From: a virus
Taxonomy: Duplodnaviria > Caudoviricetes
Reading direction: 5' to 3' (one strand)
IMG/VR virus record: IMGVR_UViG_3300048572_000043
Coordinates: 37,857 to 101,856 of that record
Length of the DNA stretch: 64,000 nucleotides
The notes under the pieces are model-generated. The model made no database searches. It saw only the letters and a program-made list of their open reading frames with translations, and was not told the origin of the DNA. Below, in pieces: positions 17,891 to 28,900 of this stretch. A program made the position numbers and the translations under genes. How positions within the stretch are numbered: the stretch's first letter is position 1; every line of letters starts with the position of its first letter.

Positions 17891-18268
17891 ATGACAGACC
17901 CAAAAAGAGTTTTGGAAAATCGTGCGAGTTCTTCATACATAGCAGAATACTCTGCTCCAAAAATTGAGCTTGCTGATCTTAGTAAGCTACAACAAGTTAG
18001 ACATTTAAATCTAAATAAAAAAATAGAAACTCGTTTAGAAGAAATTAAGACAGAATATGATGCGTTAGTTTCTTTGCACGAATGGAATACTTTTGTTGAT
18101 AGTTTTGAGTGCAGAATAGAATGTATCATAGGTCAAGATTATTATTTGTATGAAACAGAAGAAGGTAAGAAATTCTTATCTATTATTGAGCCAGAAAGTT
18201 TTACCATCAAGTATAAGTTCCACGGCACAACAAGGTTAAATAGCTTTGGATTCTTTGAAAAAGTATAA
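17891..18268 (+). CDS. DUF2452-like protein
   Basis: IGQDYYLYE...FLSIIEP motif following a coiled coil. Confidence 0.55.
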   Translation: MTDPKRVLENRASSSYIAEYSAPKIELADLSKLQQVRHLNLNKKIETRLEEIKTEYDALVSLHEWNTFVDSFECRIECIIGQDYYLYETEEGKKFLSIIEPESFTIKYKFHGTTRLNSFGFFEKV

Positions 18269-18303
18269 TTGACAAATTTGACAACTTATATTATATTTGA
18301 ATA

Positions 18304-19203
18304 ATGCGAAAAGGAGTTTGTTGTATTGTATTAAGTCTAGCTGAACAAGATAATCCTATCAAGTTCAATACTATGACTTATGCTCGTTTCTCGGCTATGG
18401 ATAGGAAGGAAGCTCTTTCTACCCTTTCCTCTAGAATATTAAACAATATGACTACTACATATCAATACATAAAGTATTGTGCAGACCATAATCATACTTA
18501 TAGAATTTCTTCTGATCTATTTCCTCTTATTACTTATGATAAAGCTAATGTAAAGCTAGAAGATTTACCAGACTATCATAAAATATTAGTATCATTTGAT
18601 AGTATCAAACATCTTATTCAATCTAGGAATGTAAGAGTATCTTGCCATCCTAGTGAATTTAATGTTCTTGCAAGCGATAACGAAAGTGCAATAACTAAAA
18701 CAATCAAAGAATTAAATCATTATGGTTGGTTTATGACTCAAATTGGTTGTCTACTAAACTATGATGCTCCTATGAATATGCACATACATAATTCCAAGGG
18801 TAATCTAAATGATATAGTTAAAAAGTTTATGAGTAACTTTGAAAAACTATCAGACGATGTTAAGTCTAGATTAGTTATTGAGAATGATGATAAAGATACT
18901 TGCTGGTCAGTTAAGAAACTTATGAAGCATTTCCATTCTGTTTCTAATATTCCTATTACTTTTGATTATCTTCATCACAAGTGCCATCCAGATAATCTAT
19001 CAGAGGAACAAGCATTTCATCTTGCACGAATTACTTGGGGCAATCATACTCCACTATTTCATTATTCCGAAAGTATTGATGGTCACAAGAATCCACGCAA
19101 ACACGCAGATTACGCAAAAAATTTGCCAAACACTTATGGTTATGATAATATAGATGTTGATTTTGAATTAAAAATGAAAGAACAATCTTTTGCTAAATTA
19201 TGA
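18304..19203 (+). CDS. uvsE: UV DNA damage endonuclease
   Basis: YRISSDLFP, HPSEF, RLVIENDD, FDYLHH, PLFHYS, RKHADY and ELKMKE motifs. Confidence 0.92.
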   Translation: MRKGVCCIVLSLAEQDNPIKFNTMTYARFSAMDRKEALSTLSSRILNNMTTTYQYIKYCADHNHTYRISSDLFPLITYDKANVKLEDLPDYHKILVSFDSIKHLIQSRNVRVSCHPSEFNVLASDNESAITKTIKELNHYGWFMTQIGCLLNYDAPMNMHIHNSKGNLNDIVKKFMSNFEKLSDDVKSRLVIENDDKDTCWSVKKLMKHFHSVSNIPITFDYLHHKCHPDNLSEEQAFHLARITWGNHTPLFHYSESIDGHKNPRKHADYAKNLPNTYGYDNIDVDFELKMKEQSFAKL

Positions 19204-20039
19204 ATAATCAAGATGTATTAAAAACAATTTTTCCTAATCCAGAGGATGTATTTAAAGTGTTTCATATTGACTTTAAGACTGGGAAAATATATAGAAAAGA
19301 TTTTTGGGACAGAGGTATTCCTAAAGAAGTTGGTAGACCAACATCAAATAAAGATTATAGAAGGGTAAATGTAAATTGCCCTCACCTAGCTCATATCTAC
19401 AAAAGAGGTTATGTGGATGTTTCGGTTCATAGATTAATATATTATGCTCATACTGGCGAATTACCAGAAAAGGTAGACCACAAGCAAAAAGGCATTGAAT
19501 ATCCAGACGCAATTTCTAATTTAACCGCATCCGATTCAGTCCATAATAGATGGAATACAAAAAAAACAAATAGAAAAAGATTGCCACCAGAACAAAGAGT
19601 ATATAACAAGCCTTCTGCTTTCAGAGAAAGAACCTTAAAACAACATAGAGGTGTTTATTTTGCTTATAAATATTATTGGGCTTTATTTGGTAAGAAAATG
19701 ATAAATGAAAATGGATTCGTTCACCCAATACTTGCTGTGAATTGCAGAAATGAATATTTAAAAAAAGAATTTATTAAAATGTATGGTTCTTTAGATAATT
19801 TTCCAGAAAACGCCTTAGACATTATAGACGAACAAGAATTATTTCTAGAGCAAATGACTCAAGAGGCAGTAGAAAAAACTGAAGATTATAAATTAAAACA
19901 AGAAAAAATAAAACAACAAAAGCAAAAAAAATCAGATATGGCATCTGAAAGAAAATTAAAAAAACAAAAACTACAAAATAAAATATCAATTAAAGTTGTA
20001 GATGACCCATTTGATTGCATAGGTAAATATGACTCATAA
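19200..20039 (+). CDS. HNH homing-endonuclease-like protein
   Basis: VHRLIY..HTGELPEKVDH...ISNL...N..N motif; ATGA overlap with uvsE. Confidence 0.7.
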   Translation: MNNQDVLKTIFPNPEDVFKVFHIDFKTGKIYRKDFWDRGIPKEVGRPTSNKDYRRVNVNCPHLAHIYKRGYVDVSVHRLIYYAHTGELPEKVDHKQKGIEYPDAISNLTASDSVHNRWNTKKTNRKRLPPEQRVYNKPSAFRERTLKQHRGVYFAYKYYWALFGKKMINENGFVHPILAVNCRNEYLKKEFIKMYGSLDNFPENALDIIDEQELFLEQMTQEAVEKTEDYKLKQEKIKQQKQKKSDMASERKLKKQKLQNKISIKVVDDPFDCIGKYDS

Positions 20040-20156
20040 GTTATATGAAATGTTTATTGTTATATTAGGTGTGATAGCTAATATCGTTCTTATTATAAAT
20101 GCAATTCATCATTGGTAATATTTGACAATACTCTAAATAAGGATATAATATAGTAT

Positions 20157-20804
20157 ATGGGAATGTTTAATTATATTAAAGTCGAGCAAGATTTACCTCT
20201 TAATGATGAGTTAAAAGCTCTTAACATTGATTTTAAGAAAGAAGAATTTCAGACCAAAGAGATAGAAGATAACATATTAGCCACATACATTATCCGTGAT
20301 TATAGGCTATTTGAATTAAAAGAGAATGGTCATTGGGAAGATAATCCAGACTATGTAAAAGATGGCACTAGATTTGGTGAATTTTTTAATAAGAACAAAT
20401 GGGTGAAAGATAACAAAGAAGAAGTATTTAGAGATGATTATACTGGAACATTTACTTTTGGAACTTATATTCTTGGTCAAGATAAAGAAAGCTATGATTG
20501 GTTTCCAGATTGGAAATGTGTTGTAGTCCAAGGTTTATTAACAGAAATATCTCTTGTTAAACCAGTTGATCGTAATTCATCTAAAGCTAGAATAGAATTA
20601 GATGAACAATTTAAAAAACAATTAGACGATCACGAAAGAAAAATGAAGTGTCCAGTTTATAGTTTTTATTTTAAATATTATGTTAAGACTATGAATCTAG
20701 TTGAATGGAAACTTTCTATTGGTATAAATCATATCATAAGATTCTTGAATTGGTTACAATGGAATGGCATTAGAAAAGTTATAAGGATTTTAACACCAAG
20801 ATGA
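20157..20804 (+). CDS. Conserved phage hypothetical protein (MGMF..I...FQTK family)
   Basis: ORF track; TTGACA-N16-TATAAT promoter directly upstream. Confidence 0.6.
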   Translation: MGMFNYIKVEQDLPLNDELKALNIDFKKEEFQTKEIEDNILATYIIRDYRLFELKENGHWEDNPDYVKDGTRFGEFFNKNKWVKDNKEEVFRDDYTGTFTFGTYILGQDKESYDWFPDWKCVVVQGLLTEISLVKPVDRNSSKARIELDEQFKKQLDDHERKMKCPVYSFYFKYYVKTMNLVEWKLSIGINHIIRFLNWLQWNGIRKVIRILTPR

Positions 20805-21463
20805 AAAAGAGCAAAAGAAATAAAAATACCTTTAAAAAGCTCTTTCCCACAAAAGAGATATTGCAAAAACATCTTTTTATTGACATAGAGAAACAAGAAA
20901 TTACAAGACTTTCTACTGGAAATAGATTAACTTTGTTTTTAACTGGTAAAAAGGACAAGCAGTATTATACCATTAATTTTTGTTTAAAAGGAAAAACATA
21001 TAGATTTTTAGTGCATCGTTTATTTTTTTATTGGCATTATGGATATTTGCCAGATCAAATAGATCACATAGACGGAAATGCTCTTAACAATAAAATTGAT
21101 AACTTAAGAGAAACAAATGATTCTAATAATCAAAGGAACAAAGAAAAAAGTAAGATTAGACTTGGTAAAAAGACATCTTCTAAACATAAAAATGTAAGTT
21201 GGCACAAAGAATCAAACAAATGGAGAGCAAGACCTAGTCTCAATAAGAAATTTTTTTCGTTAGGGCTATTCGACAATGAGGATGATGCTGGTGAAGCCGT
21301 GAATCAATTTTATATTAAAAATAATTTGATAGATTATACGCATTTTAATGACACTCCTCAACAAAGAGCAAGAAAAAATATTCAATTTGACAATTTGCCA
21401 TCAGAAATGAATCATATTAAACATTTATTTTTAAATATTGAACCTTTGGTAGATTTTGAATGA
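20801..21463 (+). CDS. HNH endonuclease with AP2-like C-terminal domain
   Basis: HRLFF...IDHIDGNALNNKIDNLR...N..N, then SKHKNVSW...KWRAR...LGLF...DA. Confidence 0.85.
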   Translation: MKKSKRNKNTFKKLFPTKEILQKHLFIDIEKQEITRLSTGNRLTLFLTGKKDKQYYTINFCLKGKTYRFLVHRLFFYWHYGYLPDQIDHIDGNALNNKIDNLRETNDSNNQRNKEKSKIRLGKKTSSKHKNVSWHKESNKWRARPSLNKKFFSLGLFDNEDDAGEAVNQFYIKNNLIDYTHFNDTPQQRARKNIQFDNLPSEMNHIKHLFLNIEPLVDFE

Positions 21464-21651
21464 AGAAAAAACCTCATATTCTACAAGTCAAAGAGCAAGA
21501 TGGATACCAATATATTGAGATACCAGATTCGTTAATGAAGAAAATGGGATGGAAAATCGGTGATACGATTGATTGGCAAGATAACAAAGATGGTAGTTGG
21601 AGTTTATTGAAAGTTGCAAGTCCTTCTAAATCAAAAAAAAACAAAAATTGA
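21460..21651 (+). CDS. AbrB/MazE/SpoVT-like DNA-binding protein
   Basis: IEIPDSLMKKMGWKIGDTIDW motif. Confidence 0.7.
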   Translation: MKKKPHILQVKEQDGYQYIEIPDSLMKKMGWKIGDTIDWQDNKDGSWSLLKVASPSKSKKNKN

Positions 21652-21682
21652 CGAATTGGTTAGTCCAGTATATACTAGAAGT

Positions 21683-22795
21683 ATGAAGCTACCTACAATT
21701 TATAAAAAGACTAAAACTGGCAAAGTCCAAGAATGGACTATTGAAGTTAAAGGAAACCAATACCGCACAATTTCTGGTCAAACAGATGGCGAAAAGATTA
21801 CTAATAATTGGAGCGATTGTGATATTAAAAATGCTGGCAGATCAAACGCCACAACTCCAGAAGAACAAGCAATCAAAGAAGCAGAAGCAAAACGCAAAAA
21901 GAAATTAGAATCTGGTTACTTTGAATCTATCAAAGATATTAATAAAACTCAATACTTTGAGCCAATGCTTGCACAAAAGTATGAAGATCACGAAATCGCT
22001 TATCCAGTTTATAGCCAACCCAAACTTGATGGTATTCGTTGTATCGTAACTAAAGATGGAATGTTTAGCAGAAATGGTAAGAAGATTATTTCTGCACCAC
22101 ACATTCGCCAGAATCTAGATTTATTCTTTAAAGATTATCCTAATGCAATTCTTGATGGTGAGTTATATTGTGATAAGTTTGCAAATGATTTTAATAAGAT
22201 TTGTTCTCTTGTAAAAAGAACTAAACCTACTGATGAAGAACTAGAAGAAAGTGCAGATAGTATTCAGTATTGGGTTTATGATGCACCTAGAATTGGTTTA
22301 TTAAATGAAAAAGATTTATTTTATGAGAGATATGAATTGGTTTCTAATGCTCTTACTAAAAGAAAATATAATAGCATTGTTGTTGTAACTACTCTTAAAG
22401 TAAATAATGAAAAAGAACTTACTGAATCCTACGAAATGTATGTGGAGAATGGTTATGAAGGTCAAATGGTTAGACTAAATAGACCTTATGAAAACAAGCG
22501 TAGCAAGTTTCTTCTTAAAAGAAAAGAGTTTATGGATGCCGAGTTTATTATCAAAGGAGTGAAAGAAGGCGAAGGCAACCGCAAGGGAACTGCTGGTTAT
22601 ATGGAATTTGCAAATGCTCAAGGTAGATATTTCAAGAGTAATATCAAAGGCGATTTTGGTTATCTGAAAGAACTTTACAAACAAAGAAATCAATTAGTCG
22701 GCAAGAAAGCTACAATAAAATTCTTTAATTATACACCAGATGAAGTGCCAAGATTTCCCTATGTGATTGCTATTGACAGAGATAGCTACGAATAA
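21683..22795 (+). CDS. lig: ATP-dependent DNA ligase
   Basis: PMLA, QPKLDGIRC, LDGELY, YEGQMVR, LLKRK and PRFP motifs; start taken at MKLPTIY. Confidence 0.93.
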   Translation: MKLPTIYKKTKTGKVQEWTIEVKGNQYRTISGQTDGEKITNNWSDCDIKNAGRSNATTPEEQAIKEAEAKRKKKLESGYFESIKDINKTQYFEPMLAQKYEDHEIAYPVYSQPKLDGIRCIVTKDGMFSRNGKKIISAPHIRQNLDLFFKDYPNAILDGELYCDKFANDFNKICSLVKRTKPTDEELEESADSIQYWVYDAPRIGLLNEKDLFYERYELVSNALTKRKYNSIVVVTTLKVNNEKELTESYEMYVENGYEGQMVRLNRPYENKRSKFLLKRKEFMDAEFIIKGVKEGEGNRKGTAGYMEFANAQGRYFKSNIKGDFGYLKELYKQRNQLVGKKATIKFFNYTPDEVPRFPYVIAIDRDSYE

Positions 22796-22838
22796 AATAT
22801 TATTTGACATCATTTTAAATTTAATTTATATTCAATAT

Positions 22839-25037
22839 ATGAAATTACTAGAAAAACCAATCAATGTAGTCGAGTCCGATAGTTTTGAATCCGTAAGTTT
22901 CGGAATCAAGCAATCTGGACTTCCTTATATCTTTAACATCCTTCGCAATCAGTTGTATTCCAACAAACCTCTCGCAGTTTTGCGTGAGATTACTTGTAAT
23001 GCACAAGACGCTAATATCGAAGCTAAAAGCAAGCGTCCGATTGAGATTAAACTTCCTACAAAGCTAGAGCCTACCTTAACTATCAGAGATTTTGGTAATG
23101 GTCTTTCTGCTGATGATATTAAGAATCTTTATTGTTATTATGGTGAATCTACCAAACGCAATAACAATTCTGCTATTGGATATTACGGCATTGGTAAATT
23201 CGCACCCTTCAGTTATGGTGATAACTTTGTTTTGATTTCTTATCACGATGGCAAGAAAACTACTTACAATGCTTTTATTGATGAAACTAAAATTGGTAAG
23301 ATCGTTAAGCTCAAGGATGAAAAATCTTCCGAGCCTACTGGCGTTTTGATTTCTGTGCCAATCAAAGAAGAAGATACAGAAACCTTTTTGTCTACTGCTC
23401 AAGAATTATTTAAGTATTTCAAGAACAAGCCAATTATCAAAGGTGCAAGAAAAGAAGATTTGTCAGAAATCTATGATCGCACACCAGTATTTAAAGGTAA
23501 TGGTTGGGCTTATTATAATAACTCTAGCTATGGTAAAGAATCCGTTGCTATTATGGGAGTTGGTTATCCTATCGAAACTAGCGATGTGCAATTCAAAGAA
23601 GATTCTGATGAGCAAAGTATTTGCTCTCAAGGATTTGAAGTCGAGTTTGAACTTGGCGAACTGGATATTACTGCAAGCCGTGAGAATCTAGAATATACTG
23701 AAAAGACTAGAAAAGCTATTAGAGAAAAGTTTCGCAAGATTAAGAAGGAGATGGCAGAGTGCATCTCTCAACAATTCAAAGATTCTACAAACATCTATGA
23801 TGCTAAAGCTCTTTATAATGAAGTCTTTGGAACTTATGGCAGTTTGGGTTACATTGTTCGTAATGCTTTGAGTAACAAAGTAACTTGGAATAGCAAAACT
23901 ATTACTGATAATCATATTGATTTCAATGATAAGATTGCGAAGATGATTGAGAATGGCAAATTGACTTCAAAGTTTTATCAGAAGTCTCGCAGAAGCACAA
24001 AATTAAATTCAGAGAATGAAGCAAAAAGGATTCTTTGTGAAAAGACGCATAAAGTCCTAGTCAATGATACTGGTTCAGCTATGGGAGTAACTCATCGTCT
24101 TGCTACTCTTTGGAATGAATTAGGAGACAAGATTGATGGTGCTTATGTATTTACATTCGTAGATCAAGCAACGAAAGATTCCTTTAATAAGGAAGTTGGT
24201 CTTGTTGATGAGAATTATTTGAATCTCTCTGATTATGAGAAGATTACAATTCAGAAGATTAATTCTGGAACTAGCGTTGTAACCAGCAAGAATCCCAAAC
24301 ATTCCTCTCAAATCTTTAAGTTTAAGCGTAAAGATGCTACAAATTGGGGAACAAATTCTAATAATTGGGAGACTATGGCTATGGATTTAGCTAATGATAC
24401 CGCTATCTATGTAGAGATCAGCAACTTCCAAGCTCAAGGCAAAGAACACGAATTTAGAAATGGAACTCTAAAAGAAATTCTTGAGAAGTATGAAGAACTT
24501 ACTGGCGAGAAACTTCCAGAAGTTTATGGAATCAAATCTAAAACTTTTGAATCCAAGAAAAAGATTATTAATAAAAATAAAAATCTTACAAGCCTCTGGA
24601 AACATCTCGAAGATGGAATCCGAAATGAATATTCTAAACTATCACAGCAAATCACAGACAAGAATCATTGGGATAAGCACAATAAAGAAGATAATAACTT
24701 TGCTAATCTTGTTCAAGATGTGCAGAAGAAAGATTTGCACGAACTTATTGAAAAATCAAATTCAGAGTTTGCTCAATATTTGAGTGCGGTTATGTTCTAT
24801 GCAAAATCGAACTTCAAGAAGGTTGGCGAAGCTCTTGAGTTTTTAAAATTGGCTGAAATTGATATTAAATTCGATCAAGTCAATCCAACTTATAATTTGG
24901 ATACTCTATTAAAGAATGTTCAAAGTAGATATGAATTGCTAGATGTATTCGTCCCTCATACTTATGGGTGGCATTATAATGAAAAGAAAGAAATGACAAA
25001 AATTGTAAATTACATAAATCTTATTGACAAAAACTAA
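22839..25037 (+). CDS. rIIA: rIIA-like protein (GHKL ATPase N-terminus)
   Basis: LYSNKPLAVLREITCNAQDA, IRDFGNGL, YGESTK, IGYYGIGK, ASRENLEY; followed by rIIB. Confidence 0.9.
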   Translation: MKLLEKPINVVESDSFESVSFGIKQSGLPYIFNILRNQLYSNKPLAVLREITCNAQDANIEAKSKRPIEIKLPTKLEPTLTIRDFGNGLSADDIKNLYCYYGESTKRNNNSAIGYYGIGKFAPFSYGDNFVLISYHDGKKTTYNAFIDETKIGKIVKLKDEKSSEPTGVLISVPIKEEDTETFLSTAQELFKYFKNKPIIKGARKEDLSEIYDRTPVFKGNGWAYYNNSSYGKESVAIMGVGYPIETSDVQFKEDSDEQSICSQGFEVEFELGELDITASRENLEYTEKTRKAIREKFRKIKKEMAECISQQFKDSTNIYDAKALYNEVFGTYGSLGYIVRNALSNKVTWNSKTITDNHIDFNDKIAKMIENGKLTSKFYQKSRRSTKLNSENEAKRILCEKTHKVLVNDTGSAMGVTHRLATLWNELGDKIDGAYVFTFVDQATKDSFNKEVGLVDENYLNLSDYEKITIQKINSGTSVVTSKNPKHSSQIFKFKRKDATNWGTNSNNWETMAMDLANDTAIYVEISNFQAQGKEHEFRNGTLKEILEKYEELTGEKLPEVYGIKSKTFESKKKIINKNKNLTSLWKHLEDGIRNEYSKLSQQITDKNHWDKHNKEDNNFANLVQDVQKKDLHELIEKSNSEFAQYLSAVMFYAKSNFKKVGEALEFLKLAEIDIKFDQVNPTYNLDTLLKNVQSRYELLDVFVPHTYGWHYNEKKEMTKIVNYINLIDKN

Positions 25038-25059
25038 AAAAGGAGAGAAAATACAAAAA

Positions 25060-25968
25060 ATGAAAATACCATACATATTAACAGATCGTAGTCTTACCAT
25101 CGTTCTTAACGATGAACCCAAGACTATCACTAGCGAAAATCCAGTTTGGAATGACGCTATCACCGCAATTAGACAAGGAAGATTTAGCGATCTTCCAGAT
25201 ATTCTAGACAAGAGCAAAGCTATTGCACGATTCTCTCACGGCAAGATTGAAGTGCGTGATGGTCTTGTGACTTATGCTGGCGAAGAAATTCATAATATTG
25301 TTGTAGATAGAATCTTAAACTTTATTAAGAATGGTTTGCCTTATGAGCCTCTTGTCAAGTTTCTTGATAAGCTAATGGCAAATCCTTCTCGTAGAGCAGT
25401 TAATGAACTCTATAAATTCTTGGAGCATAAGAAAATGCCTCTCACACCAGATGGCGATTTCCTTGCATACAAGAGTGTTAGATCAGATTTTACTGATTGG
25501 TATAGTGGCAAACATAATTTTGCTATCGGCCAAGTCCGTGAGATGGCAAGGAATCAAGTTTGCGATAATGCAGATGTTGGTTGCTCTGCTGGTTATCACG
25601 CTGGGTCAGAAGAATATGCAAAGAGTTTCAATGGTGGTGGTAATCTTGTGATAGTTAAGATTAATCCTGCTGATGTTGTATCTGTTCCAACAGATTGTGA
25701 ATGTCAGAAACTTCGTGCATCTAAACTAGAAGTTGTTGCACTATATCGTAAATCTCTTGACAAAGAACTTTATGATATTGCTTATGGAAACTTTATTCAC
25801 CCATATCGTCCAGAAGCTATCGAAGCTATGCAAGAAATGTATGATGCAGACTCCGATGAGGATGAAGATGAGGATGATGATATTCCAGATTGGGGAACTG
25901 ATGGCACACTTAAAGCTAATTATCACAATAAGCGTGACCCTCATACTGGAAGATTTATTAAGGGATAA
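25060..25968 (+). CDS. rIIB: rIIB-like protein
   Basis: NPSRRAVNELYKFL, TPDGDFLAYKSV, CSAGYHAG and KINPADVVSVP motifs. Confidence 0.9.
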   Translation: MKIPYILTDRSLTIVLNDEPKTITSENPVWNDAITAIRQGRFSDLPDILDKSKAIARFSHGKIEVRDGLVTYAGEEIHNIVVDRILNFIKNGLPYEPLVKFLDKLMANPSRRAVNELYKFLEHKKMPLTPDGDFLAYKSVRSDFTDWYSGKHNFAIGQVREMARNQVCDNADVGCSAGYHAGSEEYAKSFNGGGNLVIVKINPADVVSVPTDCECQKLRASKLEVVALYRKSLDKELYDIAYGNFIHPYRPEAIEAMQEMYDADSDEDEDEDDDIPDWGTDGTLKANYHNKRDPHTGRFIKG

Positions 25969-28900
25969 TGAAGTTAGGCTTGCACATTGATTGGTGCATA
26001 GGGAGATGGTTTGGTAGGAATAATAATCTTGAAATTAGATTTACCCTACCGACCATCTCTCTCGGTTATAAAAATGAAGATGATAATAAATGGTTTGGAT
26101 TTAAATTCAATTTAAGAACAGATATATCATTTGAATCATACGAATACGGAAAAATATTTACCTTGATTTTATTTGGATTTGGAATTAAACTAAGCAAGTT
26201 TTATATATGAACGAAGAAGATAATTTTAATTGTAAAGCTGGAAATCAGTTAAGAGATACTTTATATAAAGATATATTAAGATATGCTCAAGAAAGCGATA
26301 TGACAGCTTATCAAGTCATTGGCGTTTTAGAATCATTAAAGTTTGATTTATTAAATGTTATGGCAAATGCAACAAAGGAGCAAGATGAAGATGAAATCTA
26401 ATCGTGGTCGTAAAAAAGGTTCGTTTTGTTTTTCAATGGTAACATTGAGTGAACTTAATAAAGTATTGAAACAAGATGCAGTAGTTATCGTATCAAAGAA
26501 ATTCCTCGACAATTTAAGTATAAAAGGAATTGAAAAAGAAGTCAATACTAAAACATATAATAGTTTAGAGCAAAGCATTGATTTTCAAGTAGTTTAAACA
26601 AACTTCTTGATTACAAAACAAAATCCTTGTATAAAAAGATATATGACAAAAGATAACTTATCAGAGATTGTTGGACAAGAAAAGACAAAGAGCAAGATAA
26701 ATTTCCTCCTAGAAGCATTTGAGCAGACAAGAATTATGCCTCATCTTCTTTTCGTTGCTCCAAGAGGATGCGGTAAAACTCTTATCGCTCAAAAAACCGC
26801 TAATCTAATGAATAGGCAAAAAACTTTAATTGTTAATTGTTCTACAATCAAAAATGTTAAGAGTTTCTTTAATCAGATTATGCTTCCTTTTGTCGCAGAT
26901 AAAGATATTACTATTATTTTTGATGAAGCTAGTGAATTGCCAAGAGATGTTACTATGGCACTTCTTACTATTTTAAATCCTAATTCCACCAATCAAAATG
27001 ATTTCTCTTTTGAAGATGGAACATATACTTTTAGATTTAATCAAAATTCTTTTATCTTTTGCACAACAGAAGCTCAAAAGATTTTTCACGCACTTCTTGA
27101 TCGGCTTTATAGAATTGATCTTCAAGATTATTCTTTCATTGAATTGGGAAAGATCATCTCTGGAAATTTGTCTACGAAAAAACAGAAGATTAATGATTCA
27201 ATCATTGATGAAGTGGCTAGTGTTTGCCGTGGTAATGCTCGACAAGCTCAATCTATGGCAAATCAAATCTCTGGTTATTTGGCTGGCAAAAAATCTAATG
27301 AATTGACTAAAGAAGGATGGAGCGAGATTAAAAGTAAATTATCCATCTATCCCCTTGGTCTTTCAGAAATTGAACTTAATGTAATTAAAATTCTCAAAGA
27401 ACACGGCGAAGTTAGATTGACTAATCTTTCAGCTAAAACTAATCTTACCAAAGATATGTTGCAAAAGAATGTTGAACTTTATCTTATGAGAAATAGTTTA
27501 ATTGAAATTCGACCTACTGGCAGAGCATTAACTAAAAAAGGTTCTGATTATCATAAAGAATATTTATCTGTATGAAAAGCGTAAAAGTAAAAACTAAAAA
27601 ATACAATACACCTTTAGAGGTTCAAAGCTATGACAGCATCTCCAAGATGTTTCATTGTTTCGTGCCTCATTTGGGGATGGTATTAACAATTCATCCTTCT
27701 GCTCTTGACTTAAATGAGAAAGAGTTAGATAATCTAAAAATGGAGACTCAAGATAAATGAAAAAGAAAATAATTGATAAAATTGATTTAGTAATTGAGGA
27801 TATTATAAATATCCAAGAGCTAATTGATTTCGATACAACTGATTCTAGTGAATATGATCTGGATTCAGTAGTAAATCTACTGGCTGAAATTCGTGGCAAA
27901 GTTTCAAATCAAGAGGAGGAAGTAGAAAAAATTGATTTAAAAGAACTATGAAATTACATTCCAAAATTAAAATGATCGCAGAGGAGTTTGGCGAATCCTA
28001 TGAATGGATTGCTGGCGATGAGAGTTTATTTATTAAAGTTAGTAATCATTTCATAGATATTGTAAAGGAAAGATTAAAAACTTGCAATCTAGAATTTGTA
28101 GAAGCTCAACAAAAAAACGATCATACTTATCTTTGGTTTCGTTCTCCAGAAGAAAATGAAGCAGTTTATGATTTTGATGATGACGATGAGGACGAAGAAT
28201 GAATATCTATGTTACTGGACATAATTGGCTTGCAAAAGTAGATATTGATTCACAAAAAATAGATAAATCTAATTGGTATAACGAGGCTTGCACAAGAGCC
28301 GTAGAAAGTGTTCTAGATCAAGAAGAAAAAGAAGGGGTTGATTTAAAAATTCAAGATTATGAAAATTTTGGCCTTGGAGTTATTCTCTTGACTTGGGACG
28401 AAAAGAATAGTAAAAATGAAGATCAACATAGAGTTCTTTTAACGAGTAATGTTCTTGCTAATGCTGGTCGTTGGGAAGAATATAAATTTGTAAAAGACTA
28501 TGAAGAAAAAGCAAAGGAAGAAGGCTTATGAAACATAAAATATTTTGGGAAAAGAATAGCAGAGTTAAGGGCGTTGTCCCATCTGCACAAATTATCAATA
28601 AAACATCTACGGATAAATTTCCTTGTGATGCAGTAACTATTCGTATGTATAATCTTAATAGTAAAAACCCAACGGCAACTGCATATTTTTATGGAAAAGA
28701 AGCTCAAGGAAGCTCTTGGAATGGAAGCAATTATACTTATGCTGAAACTAAATTAATGATTACTTTTGACAAAGATAAAGAGGGTTATAGTTTTAATGGT
28801 GGAGTTAAATCATTCTCTTTACAAGACATTAAAGAAGTGTTAGATTCAGTAAAGGAAACTTTAAATAAAGTATGAGCCAAAGACAAACATTTGAAGAATT

